A stretch of 64,000 nucleotides of DNA. Source: Candidatus Multivoradales bacterium. GTDB lineage: Bacteria; Acidobacteriota; Thermoanaerobaculia; Multivoradales; J023. This document shows, piece by piece, positions 32,029 through 40,474 of this stretch. Numbering within the stretch: the first letter of the stretch is position 1; every line of letters starts with the position of its first letter. The DNA lies in contig CBDFLE010000006.1 in the NCBI GenBank assembly GCA_965248925.1, positions 4,224,001 to 4,288,000 on the forward strand. The letters are read 5' to 3'. Below the pieces are notes generated by a model. It had not been told where the DNA came from. It was given only the letters and a program-made list of their open reading frames with translations, and made no database searches. The translations under genes and the position numbers were made by a program.

Positions 32029-33000
32029 TCAGAAGCGCTGCAACAGCTCTGCTTGCTTGCTGATCGCCTGCCGAAACTCAGCACCCAAGCGCTCAACCAA
32101 CTCGGCCACCGGCAACACGTCGGCAATGGTGGCGACCCCCTGGCCGGCGGACCACAGAGTCTTCCAAGCCTTGGCCTCGGCTTCGGCGGGGTTGAGTTCT
32201 TTGCCGAAGTCAATCTTCGCCTTCTGGTGCCACATGTCTTGGGTGATACCCATCGCTTCCAGACTGGGACGGAGGAAACTGGCCGGAACCCCTGAGACGG
32301 CGGCGGTGTAGACGATTTCGGCGGTGCCACTGTCGATGATCATCTGCCGGTAGGCCGCATCGGCGCGACTTTCCTCGACGTTGATGAAGCGGGTGCCGAG
32401 GTAGGCCAGGTCGGCGCCCATCTGCATCGCCGAGGCGATGTCGCGACCGGTGCTGATGCAGCCCGAAAGCAGCAGGATGCCATCGAAGAAGCTGCGGATC
32501 TCAGCCAGGAAGGGCATTGGATTCAGCGTTCCAGCATGGCCGCCGGCGCCGGCGGCGACGCAGATCAAACCATCGACACCGGCGGCGGTGGCTTTCTCCG
32601 CGTGGCGCCGGTTGGTAATGTCGTGCAGCACCAGGCCGCCGTAGGAATGCACCGCGTCGACCAGATCTGACACCGCGCCCAACGAAGTGATGACCAGCGG
32701 CACCCGATGTTTGACCACCATTTGCAGGTCTGCCTGCAATCGCGGATTGGAGCGGTGAACGATCAGGTTGACGCCGTAGGGAGCCGGCCCTGAACCGCCC
32801 TTACGGTAGCCATCGAGGTTGTCTTTAATCTTCACCAACCACTCTTCGAAACCCTCCGTGGTGCGTTGGTTGAGGGCTGGAAAGGTGCCGACGACTCCGC
32901 TCTTGCAGCATTCGACGACCATCTTTGGTCCCGAGATCAGGAACATCGGCGCGGCGACCGCGGGAATCTTCAAGCTGTCGATGAAGGGAACTCGGCTCAT
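32029..33000 (-). CDS. Nitronate monooxygenase (2-nitropropane dioxygenase) family flavoprotein
   Basis: AAPMFLIS, GAGGHAG, MGADLAYLGTRFI, WSAGQG. Confidence 0.92.
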   Translation of the reverse strand: MSRVPFIDSLKIPAVAAPMFLISGPKMVVECCKSGVVGTFPALNQRTTEGFEEWLVKIKDNLDGYRKGGSGPAPYGVNLIVHRSNPRLQADLQMVVKHRVPLVITSLGAVSDLVDAVHSYGGLVLHDITNRRHAEKATAAGVDGLICVAAGAGGHAGTLNPMPFLAEIRSFFDGILLLSGCISTGRDIASAMQMGADLAYLGTRFINVEESRADAAYRQMIIDSGTAEIVYTAAVSGVPASFLRPSLEAMGITQDMWHQKAKIDFGKELNPAEAEAKAWKTLWSAGQGVATIADVLPVAELVERLGAEFRQAISKQAELLQRF

Positions 33001-33114
33001 AGGATAAGGACTCTCCTGGCGATCGTGGGCGGTTGGAATCGACTGGGCCGGCCGACGATATCCGGAGTCGGCGCGGAAGGCCAGGGATGCGAGCCTTCGG
33101 GTCGGCCTAGCCGG

Positions 33115-33318
33115 CTACAGCTCAAAGGGCTCCCAACCAGCGGAAGTTTCGCGGCCTGGCTGGAAGTCGCCGAGGCGGTCGGCGCGCAGCTGCTGCAGAT
33201 CGATCGGGGTGGTTTCGATGGAGGTCTGGCGTAAGCGGTGCAGTGCTGCGAGATCTTCTTCGCTGGTGGGTAGGTCGGAGTCCAGATCGAGGGGCTCAGA
33301 GGGTTTTTTCGATTTCAT
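33115..33318 (-). CDS. Small hypothetical protein, putative antitoxin partner of the nucleotidyltransferase
   Basis: 67 aa, overlaps the NTase stop, LDLDSDLPTSEEDLAAL..WEPFEL. Confidence 0.6.
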   Translation of the reverse strand: MKSKKPSEPLDLDSDLPTSEEDLAALHRLRQTSIETTPIDLQQLRADRLGDFQPGRETSAGWEPFEL

Positions 33319-33826
33319 GATAGTGCTCCAAGAGGTCATGTTTGTCGAAATAGCTCCGTGCCTCCAGGCGGTCGACTCCTGGCTGTAGCAGGAGGTGACG
33401 GATATCGGCCAGATCTTGCAGCGTCCGGCCAGGATCGTTCTTGATCGCGGTGACTTTCATGGCGATCAGATGCTCAGCGCGGGGCACCGGAATTCGCAGT
33501 CCAGCTGACCAGGCCATCGTCCGGGTTTGCGAGAAAAGCTGCCGAGCGGTTGCCTCGCCAATGTAGACCCAATCCACCCGGCCCAAGAGAGGATCCCGGT
33601 GGAGGTGATTCGAGTAGCCGGCTGAACGGTGTAGGGTCTCCCATCCCGCTGCTTCCATGTGCTGAATGACCGCTTTTTGGGCGCGCCGTTCGACCACCAG
33701 ATCAACGTCTAAGGTTGTCCGGGCCAAGCCGTAGGCCGCCAATCCGAGCCCGCCGATCAGCGCAAATCCAAACCCACCCTCTTCACAGAAGCGAGACAAA
33801 TCGTCGAGAACGCGTTCGAAGTCCAG
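33296..33826 (-). CDS. Nucleotidyltransferase (AbiEii/DUF6036-like) TA-type toxin
   Basis: ALIGGLGL..YG..RTTLDVD, EHLIAMK, QDLADI. Likely CTG start at 33826 after a GGAGG RBS. Confidence 0.8.
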   Translation of the reverse strand: MDFERVLDDLSRFCEEGGFGFALIGGLGLAAYGLARTTLDVDLVVERRAQKAVIQHMEAAGWETLHRSAGYSNHLHRDPLLGRVDWVYIGEATARQLFSQTRTMAWSAGLRIPVPRAEHLIAMKVTAIKNDPGRTLQDLADIRHLLLQPGVDRLEARSYFDKHDLLEHYHEIEKTL

Positions 33827-33867
33827 GGCTGAGCACCTCCTGAGAGAAGGCTATCAGTGGAGCCGAG

Positions 33868-34146
33868 CTAATAGGCTGAGCCTCGATGAGTGGCAGCGAT
33901 CAAGAAGACAAGCTTTTCCTGGTCATCGAGTTCGAAGAAAAAACGCCAACGGCCGATGCGGTAACGCCAGGTTTCCGGCGTGAAATTCTTCAGCTTGCGG
34001 ATGTAAGGACCAAAGTTAGGATTGCGACGCAGCTCAGGATAGACCGTGCGGACCAGCTTCTCCGCGATTCGGGTTAGGCCTGATTTGACGATCTGTCGCA
34101 GATCCTTCTGGAACTGCTCGGTTTCGAAGATCCGATACTCACTCAA
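33868..34146 (-). CDS. RelE/ParE-family toxin
   Basis: YRIFETEQFQKDL, IRKLK, WRYRIGRWRFFFE, HRGSAY. Confidence 0.88.
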   Translation of the reverse strand: MSEYRIFETEQFQKDLRQIVKSGLTRIAEKLVRTVYPELRRNPNFGPYIRKLKNFTPETWRYRIGRWRFFFELDDQEKLVFLIAATHRGSAY

Positions 34147-34381
34147 CGAAGCGGCCTAGGAGTTTCCCGGCGTCCCGCGAGCCCTGCCGCAATCGGCCGA
34201 TCAACTCATCGTTGGCCAGGATGTCGGCCATTTCATAGTCGTCGATGAACTGCTGTTCGCGAAGTCGTTCCAGGGCCGCGGTCTCGATCAGGTTGGCCAG
34301 TGACCGGTTCTCGGCGCGGGCAGCGCCGGCAAACTGTTGGTAAGCCTCATCGTTTAGGCGTAGCGTGACCGTCTTGGGCAT
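34139..34381 (-). CDS. Ribbon-helix-helix (CopG-like) antitoxin
   Basis: MPKTVTLRL..A.AENRSLANLIETAAL; overlaps the toxin start; GGAGG RBS. Confidence 0.85.
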   Translation of the reverse strand: MPKTVTLRLNDEAYQQFAGAARAENRSLANLIETAALERLREQQFIDDYEMADILANDELIGRLRQGSRDAGKLLGRFVE

Positions 34382-34446
34382 GCTTCATCCTCCTTCACTT
34401 TCATTCTATTCGCATCGAAATGCTAGTTCAAGCAAGCTGGAGCCCT

Positions 34447-37400
34447 TCAGGGCCCTTCCTCGACCAGTGGCCGGATCAGCCGCAGTGCCGGGCGCACCTG
34501 GTAGTGCTCGCGCCAGCGGCGGTGGGCGGGGGTGTCGGGGAAGGCGTCGGGGGCGGCGTAGGGGTATTGCGGCATGGCGTGGTAGGGCAGTGGGCCGACG
34601 GTTTGGGAATAGGCGGTGTTGGCGTCGCCGTCTTTGGCCCAGCCGTCGACGAAGAGCAGGAAGTCGCGGCGCCAGCCGAGCGGTAGCTGGGGCAGGTCGG
34701 TGGCGGCGAATTGCAATCGCAGCTCGTCTCCGGAGCCCATCACCACCAGGCGGTCGTCGGTGGTGCCGAGCAGGGGGCGGACGTTGCCGTAGCGAGTGTA
34801 GAGGCCGCGGGTGGGGTTCCACATCGACAGTGACCTTTTGACGGCGTAGACGAAGTGCTCGGGCTGTTTGCGCTCGGCATGGATCACCGCGCGGGCGAAG
34901 CCGCCGAAACGCAACTCAGCGCTGACCGTGTGTAGGTCGGTGAGTCGGGTTGGTGGCTCGGCCGCGCTCCGGCCGAGGAAGATCTCATCCCAGTAGACGC
35001 ATAAGTTGGTGACGATGCGTAACTCGCGGTGAGCGCTCGGCCAACGGCCGCTGAGGTCGAGGGCGATGGTCTTTGGTTTGCCCGCCGGGATGCCCATGTC
35101 TTCCAGGATGGTCAGCCACTGTCCAGCGCTATTCTTGGCCTGCAGGTAGGGCATGATCAAGCCGCCGTCGGCTTCCTGTGAGGCGCCGAGAAAGGTGCTG
35201 CCGTCGGCCCAGTCGACCCAGCCGGAGAGCACTAGAAGCTCGCCCTCCGCGGCTTCGGGGCCGAAGTCGAGGTCGAGGTGGTGAAGTTCGGCGACACCGG
35301 TGAAATCGCGTGCGAAGTCGTCCGGATAAATGCGGTCGCGGGCCTCGAGTCGGTCGAGCACGTCGCTGCCCTGGTGATCGCGGGCGCTGCGAGGATAGAA
35401 CCGCTCAGTGACGCCGAAAAGGCGGAATTCGGGGAAGGGCGGGCCTTTGAACTTCTCGTTGGTGAAGATGTCGACGGTTGCCGGATGGTCGACGGCGATC
35501 AGGCGGATTTCGTCGAGGAAGGCTACTTCCCGCAGCTCTTCGGTGATGCGGATCTCGTAGAAGCCGTTTTTCTCGACCAGCGAGTCGCTGCTGATCTGGA
35601 TGATCTCGTCATGATCGACCGGGAAGTACTCACCATTTCCGGCACTGGCGCCGAGGGGGGCGACGCCTAGAACATCGGTGATGAACTCGAACTCCTCGCC
35701 ATTCCAGGTGAAGATCATTGGGCACGAGCCCGACAGTCGCTGCGCTTCTTTGAATGGCGGTAGCTCGCCAGCGGGTTGGCGGGTCTCGTTCTGGATCATG
35801 CCGTTGGGCCAGGTGATGCGCACGGTGTCGGCTTCGGCGTAGCTGCCCAGGCCGAAGAGCAGTGGTTCCCCCCGATAGTGTTGTTTCTGGTAGATCCGAC
35901 CAGCTTTGACCTCGATCTCAGCTCCTGGCGCCAGCTTGAGGTTCTTGACCCCTTCGAGGCTGACTCGCAACCAACGGTTGCCGCTGCTGCTGGCATTGGT
36001 GAGCAGGCGTAGTTTGCCGTCGTCTCCGATCGCCGCCAGATCCCAGCGACCGTCGGTGTCGAAGTCGGCGGCTACCATGGCGCTGCTGCTGGCTAGATCG
36101 TTGATCTGCTCGGCGCGGGCGAAACGGCTGCTGCCCACGTTGCGATGCACGCCGGCGCTGCTGAGCAGCTCGAACACAGTGCGGTTCTCGAGGTCGACGA
36201 AGGTTAGGGGTGCATGGGCGCCACTCGGGCCGGCGACGGCGCGGAAGCCCAGCGAACGGTCATTGATCAACAAGGTCGTGTCTTGAGTGTTGGCGGCGAC
36301 GAGATCGGTCCAGCCGTCGTTGTCCAGGTCCCAAGCGCCGAGTTGGGTGGTTCCTGGGGGCAGGGCGTTGAGCGGTTGGGTCTGGTAGCGGCCGGCCAGG
36401 AGGTCGCGATAGACCACTCCCGAACGGTTCTTGTAGGATACTGCGAGGTCGACGTTCTGGGTGTCGGAGAGCCAATCAAAGCGCACGCCGGCTAGTGCTT
36501 CACCGTCGACGAAGGGGAAGTCGGCGCTGTGGTCGGTCCAGCCCGCGCTGCCGCCGTTGCGCAGCAGCCTCTGCGTCTTGCCGAGAAGGAATAGGTCGAG
36601 GTCGTAGTCGTGGTCGTAGTCCAGCCAGACCGCCTGATGAAAGACGCCGCTGGCCAGGGGTTCGGTGCGGCGCTCGAACCTGCCGCCGCGGTTGATCAGC
36701 AACCAGGCGGCGTTCTTGCTCAAGATGCAGAGATCGGCCAGGCCGTCGTTGTCGATATCGCCGTGGGCCGCTCCGCGAATACCGGCAAGGCCATCGATAC
36801 CGCTGTTCTGCACCGCTTTGCCGCCCGCGAAAAGGCGGGCGCCCTGTCGCGAAAAGGCGAGTAGCTCGGGCTTGCCGTCGCCGGTGGCGTCGAAGGTCAG
36901 TAGGCCGGCGGTGGCGCTGTCGAAGCCCTCGGCCAAGGCTTGGCTGGTGAGCTTGAGATTGCCTTTGGCGGGGGGTGGCGCGGCCTCGACTTCGGCGTAG
37001 AGTTCGCTGTACCAGCTCCATTCGAGATCTTCTGGAAAGGGGGCGTCGGCCTGGCGCTTCTTGAGTTCGCGGAAACGCGCCATGGCCTGCTTGGCATCGT
37101 CGCTGCGCTTGGCCTTGCGGTAGGCGGTGGCGAGTTGAAACTGCGGTCCGGCCAGGTTGGGGTCGAGGGCGGCAGCTCGTTCGATGTGGCGCAGAGAGTC
37201 CTCGCCGCGGCCAGTTAGACGGTAGAGCACGCCGAGGTTGTAGTGGGCGATGGGATCGTCGGCCACCCGGGCGATCATGCCTTCCAGCTGCTCGACCGCC
37301 AGCTCGTACTGCGAGTCGCGCTTATAGGCGATGCCCAGATTGAACCAGCTGTGGGGCAGGGAGGGATCTTGCTGCTGCGCTTTGCGCAGCTCGACGATGC

Positions 37401-37644
37401 CTTCCGCGGTCTTGCCGGCAGCGAGCAGGGCGAGGCCATAGTTGAGCCGCTCACGGGCCGAGTCGGGGGCCAGGTCCAGGGCTTTTTTGAGTTCTTCGAC
37501 GGCTTCGTATTGAGTGACCGGGTTCTCGTAGAACGCTTTACCCAGATTGCGGTGGTGCCACAGCCTTTCGCTCGAGTCTTGAGCGATGAGCAAACTCGGC
37601 AGCAGGCCCAGGGTCAGAGCCGTCAGGGAGGCGCGGGTGCTCAT
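34447..37644 (-). CDS. Secreted TPR + FG-GAP + ASPIC/UnbV protein with extra C-terminal domain
   Basis: Signal peptide, TPRs (FNLGIAY, YNLGVLY), DxDxDG repeats, LLFGLG..VRITWPNG, then a GSCPMIFTWNG domain ending GWAKDGDANT. Confidence 0.9.
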   Translation of the reverse strand: MSTRASLTALTLGLLPSLLIAQDSSERLWHHRNLGKAFYENPVTQYEAVEELKKALDLAPDSARERLNYGLALLAAGKTAEGIVELRKAQQQDPSLPHSWFNLGIAYKRDSQYELAVEQLEGMIARVADDPIAHYNLGVLYRLTGRGEDSLRHIERAAALDPNLAGPQFQLATAYRKAKRSDDAKQAMARFRELKKRQADAPFPEDLEWSWYSELYAEVEAAPPPAKGNLKLTSQALAEGFDSATAGLLTFDATGDGKPELLAFSRQGARLFAGGKAVQNSGIDGLAGIRGAAHGDIDNDGLADLCILSKNAAWLLINRGGRFERRTEPLASGVFHQAVWLDYDHDYDLDLFLLGKTQRLLRNGGSAGWTDHSADFPFVDGEALAGVRFDWLSDTQNVDLAVSYKNRSGVVYRDLLAGRYQTQPLNALPPGTTQLGAWDLDNDGWTDLVAANTQDTTLLINDRSLGFRAVAGPSGAHAPLTFVDLENRTVFELLSSAGVHRNVGSSRFARAEQINDLASSSAMVAADFDTDGRWDLAAIGDDGKLRLLTNASSSGNRWLRVSLEGVKNLKLAPGAEIEVKAGRIYQKQHYRGEPLLFGLGSYAEADTVRITWPNGMIQNETRQPAGELPPFKEAQRLSGSCPMIFTWNGEEFEFITDVLGVAPLGASAGNGEYFPVDHDEIIQISSDSLVEKNGFYEIRITEELREVAFLDEIRLIAVDHPATVDIFTNEKFKGPPFPEFRLFGVTERFYPRSARDHQGSDVLDRLEARDRIYPDDFARDFTGVAELHHLDLDFGPEAAEGELLVLSGWVDWADGSTFLGASQEADGGLIMPYLQAKNSAGQWLTILEDMGIPAGKPKTIALDLSGRWPSAHRELRIVTNLCVYWDEIFLGRSAAEPPTRLTDLHTVSAELRFGGFARAVIHAERKQPEHFVYAVKRSLSMWNPTRGLYTRYGNVRPLLGTTDDRLVVMGSGDELRLQFAATDLPQLPLGWRRDFLLFVDGWAKDGDANTAYSQTVGPLPYHAMPQYPYAAPDAFPDTPAHRRWREHYQVRPALRLIRPLVEEGP

Positions 37645-37798
37645 GGAACGATCCTCGGATTGACTTGGTCTTGCGAATCGGTGGAGTTGCTTAGGTCTGG
37701 CTCGATTGTAAGAGAAAGTTGGGCCTTTGAACCAGCGCAAAGATGGCATAAGCTTTGGAATCCGATCTTGATGAACTGTATTTGGAGGACTCCGACCC

Positions 37799-39874
37799 AT
37801 GGCATTCAAACCGCCAGTTTCCAAGCTGCCAGCTCTCCCCACGCCGCCAACGCACTCGCCGTCTCCGGCCAAGGACCGGGCAGGTTCGCCAAAATACCAA
37901 CAGAACCACTACGAGGTGGCGCAGCTCGAAGCGCTGCCGGGGGTTCTCGCGCCCGCGGAGCGGCAGCGGCTTGACGTCTTGCGGGCTAAGAGAATGGAAG
38001 CTTTGGATCGACGGATTCAGAGAGCCGAGCTGCTGGGGCATCGTTGGACCTACAACTCCGCCCAACCTGCAGGGCTGGGCACCCTCGCCGATGCGCCAGG
38101 CCGGAACATCGAGATGAGGTCGGCGCAGGATGGGAATCTGCCCGCTGCAGGGCGGCACTTGGTGCAGCGTGTGCCAGCCGACTTCCAGCCGCCTGGCTTG
38201 TTGGTTTACAACCATGCCAGTAGCTGGACTAGATTGTTCAGCAGCGACGTTCCTTGGTATGACTTCCGAGTGCATCTGGACCAATACAAGGTGTTGGCAC
38301 CGGCTGCGCACCAGCAAAGGAAAATTGCTCTCTCCGACCTCGAGAATGACGTTCAAGACTGGCAAGTGGCCTATGCCGGAAAGACCGTGGCGGAAAAGGA
38401 AACTGCGGAAACCATGGGCAAACGCCTGGCGCTGCAAGTCATGGGATCGATGATCCGCGATGAATGGATGGAACTTGAAGAATTTGGATCGACCCTCAAC
38501 GAAGATGCCCAGCTCATCCGATCCAAGAGGCTGAAATTGGACTATGTTCTCGAGGCGGTCATGGAAGGGCGAAAGGTCGTGCGGGCGGGGGAGGAAGGGT
38601 TGTATGTTCGAAAGATCCAGCGCTCGTTGGTAGATCTGGGGCATTTGGCTGTCGCCGCGGTCAGCGGTCAATTCGACGGTGCCACCCAGGTCGCCGTCAG
38701 GGCCTTCCAGGCTGCAGCAGGGATCGCGCAAACCGGCATCGTCGATGCGGCGACCATGATAAGGCTCGACCGAGGTTTTACCGATTACGCATCGGAGAAC
38801 ACGCTTGCCACCGCGGCGGGGGCCGTGCCAAATGCTGTCGAAGGCACGGAATATGATGTCGCAGCAACGCCGGCCGCGCTTCTCGCCGGAACTCACGCCT
38901 TGTCCAACCGTGAGAAACCGATGGTGAGGGATGCGATCAGATCCGGCGGAGCGGTCGCCGTCGGCGGTGCATTGCCAGTATTTCAACCAGATATTGCCGC
39001 CGGAAACTATAAGGCGCGGGTGAAGGCCAAGGCGAATGAAATCGTTGATGACCAATATCAGCAACTGGGACACGGCAAGGCGGCGCTGCGAGCCGATCCG
39101 GCGAATCTTTTCCAGGCAGTGGATATCGATCGCGTGGCGACCGCCGCGAAGGCACAGGCAGATAGTGTCTTCGGCAAGTACGCCCGGAGTCCTGCTCTCC
39201 AATACGGCGTGAGCATCCTCGATAAATGGGATTTTGAGACCGGGCGGATCGCAGCTTCGGCAGCCTATGGTGATAACAAGGCCGCATGGCGGGTAAGAAA
39301 AATCATAGAGGGGGGCGCCGCCGTCAAGGCCATCGATCGCCAACATGGGGCGGTGCAGTCCCGCGGTCCGGAGAGTGTGCTGTTGGCGCAGGTTGTCGCC
39401 GAGATTGTTGCCGTCAAGCGTGATCAACTACTGGAAACACATAAAGGGTGGCCGGCGTCCGCGGGTGGCGGTCAGATCAAACTGCAGCGATTCAAGGGCG
39501 CAAATGACAGGCAGAACCGGAGTATTCTATGGGAACTCTTCCAAACGGTGATTCACGAATACACGCATACGCTGGAGCACTCGGCAAGTATTGCCTATCG
39601 CCAAACACTGGATCAACAAGCCGGGGGTTTCACCATTCGCGAGGGATTTACTGACTATTTCACTCGCATTGCCTGGCATAATACAACGATTAACGTCGCC
39701 CTGCGACAGGCCATTGAGGGTCCCATGTACGATGTCGGCGACCCGATCGCCCCGCCCCGCTTGGGTACCTACAAGGAGGCTGATCAGGCAGAGCGGGTGG
39801 CATCGATCATCGGCTTCGAAAACCTGGCCGCGGCCTATTTCCTCGGTCACGTCGATCGTTTGCAACATACTTGA
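37799..39874 (+). CDS. Peptidoglycan-binding-domain protein with C-terminal HExxH zincin, toxin/effector-like
   Basis: VRKIQRSLVDLG..GQFDGATQVAVRAFQ..TGIVDAATM (PG_binding_1-like), IHEYTHTL...EGFTDYF. No signal peptide. Confidence 0.75.
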   Translation: MAFKPPVSKLPALPTPPTHSPSPAKDRAGSPKYQQNHYEVAQLEALPGVLAPAERQRLDVLRAKRMEALDRRIQRAELLGHRWTYNSAQPAGLGTLADAPGRNIEMRSAQDGNLPAAGRHLVQRVPADFQPPGLLVYNHASSWTRLFSSDVPWYDFRVHLDQYKVLAPAAHQQRKIALSDLENDVQDWQVAYAGKTVAEKETAETMGKRLALQVMGSMIRDEWMELEEFGSTLNEDAQLIRSKRLKLDYVLEAVMEGRKVVRAGEEGLYVRKIQRSLVDLGHLAVAAVSGQFDGATQVAVRAFQAAAGIAQTGIVDAATMIRLDRGFTDYASENTLATAAGAVPNAVEGTEYDVAATPAALLAGTHALSNREKPMVRDAIRSGGAVAVGGALPVFQPDIAAGNYKARVKAKANEIVDDQYQQLGHGKAALRADPANLFQAVDIDRVATAAKAQADSVFGKYARSPALQYGVSILDKWDFETGRIAASAAYGDNKAAWRVRKIIEGGAAVKAIDRQHGAVQSRGPESVLLAQVVAEIVAVKRDQLLETHKGWPASAGGGQIKLQRFKGANDRQNRSILWELFQTVIHEYTHTLEHSASIAYRQTLDQQAGGFTIREGFTDYFTRIAWHNTTINVALRQAIEGPMYDVGDPIAPPRLGTYKEADQAERVASIIGFENLAAAYFLGHVDRLQHT

Positions 39875-39913
39875 GGAACCGGGCGCTAGTGACAAGGAGG
39901 CTGGCAGAGAAAA

Positions 39914-40426
39914 ATGAGTGATCATCAAGACAAACTAGCTCCCCTGGCCGGATTCAAGGCCAAGAAACTTGAATCCTGGATGGGTCTCGCGCCAGGGACC
40001 ACTCGCGTAGATGTCGAGGCTGCCTGGAACACTGAGTTGATCGGCAATGCGAAGGGATTTTTGGGTCGGCAGGTGCGGCAACTGAATTTCTCGGCAGCTA
40101 ACCTGGAGGGGTTCCCCTTGCCCTTGCAGGTTTGGTACGAAGGAGAGAAAGTGGTGAAAATCCGCGCGGATCTACCGAATTTGCCGCTCTCTCCGAGGGA
40201 TTATTTCATGAGATTTGCTGTCGAGCCGATAAGACTGAATTTCGATTGGGGAGGGTTGCTTGTAGAGATGGGTGAATGGGTTTTCCCCGCGCGAGGAATT
40301 TCTCTATTTTGCGATCCGGAGTTTGACCAAGTCGTGACCGTGGATGTTTTCAGTCCGGTTACGGAGGCCGAATACCTTGCGGACTTCTACTTTTATGAAC
40401 CTGAACGAGAGTTTCCTGAGCGTTGA
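39914..40426 (+). CDS. Hypothetical protein, candidate immunity/partner protein
   Basis: 170 aa directly downstream of the zincin gene; visibly lower GC than its neighbours. Confidence 0.65.
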   Translation: MSDHQDKLAPLAGFKAKKLESWMGLAPGTTRVDVEAAWNTELIGNAKGFLGRQVRQLNFSAANLEGFPLPLQVWYEGEKVVKIRADLPNLPLSPRDYFMRFAVEPIRLNFDWGGLLVEMGEWVFPARGISLFCDPEFDQVVTVDVFSPVTEAEYLADFYFYEPEREFPER

Positions 40427-40443
40427 TCGCCGCAACACGGCCG

Positions 40444-40465
40444 CCCGAGTAGCGAAAGACTCGGG
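40444..40465. terminator. Hairpin between convergent genes
   Basis: CCCGAGT-agcgaaag-ACTCGGG. Confidence 0.45.
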
Positions 40466-40474
40466 GTAGCGGCG

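Noticed and set aside
37691-39427. 578-aa minus-strand ORF
   Set aside because: Antisense shadow of the PG-binding/HExxH gene; no motifs of its own.
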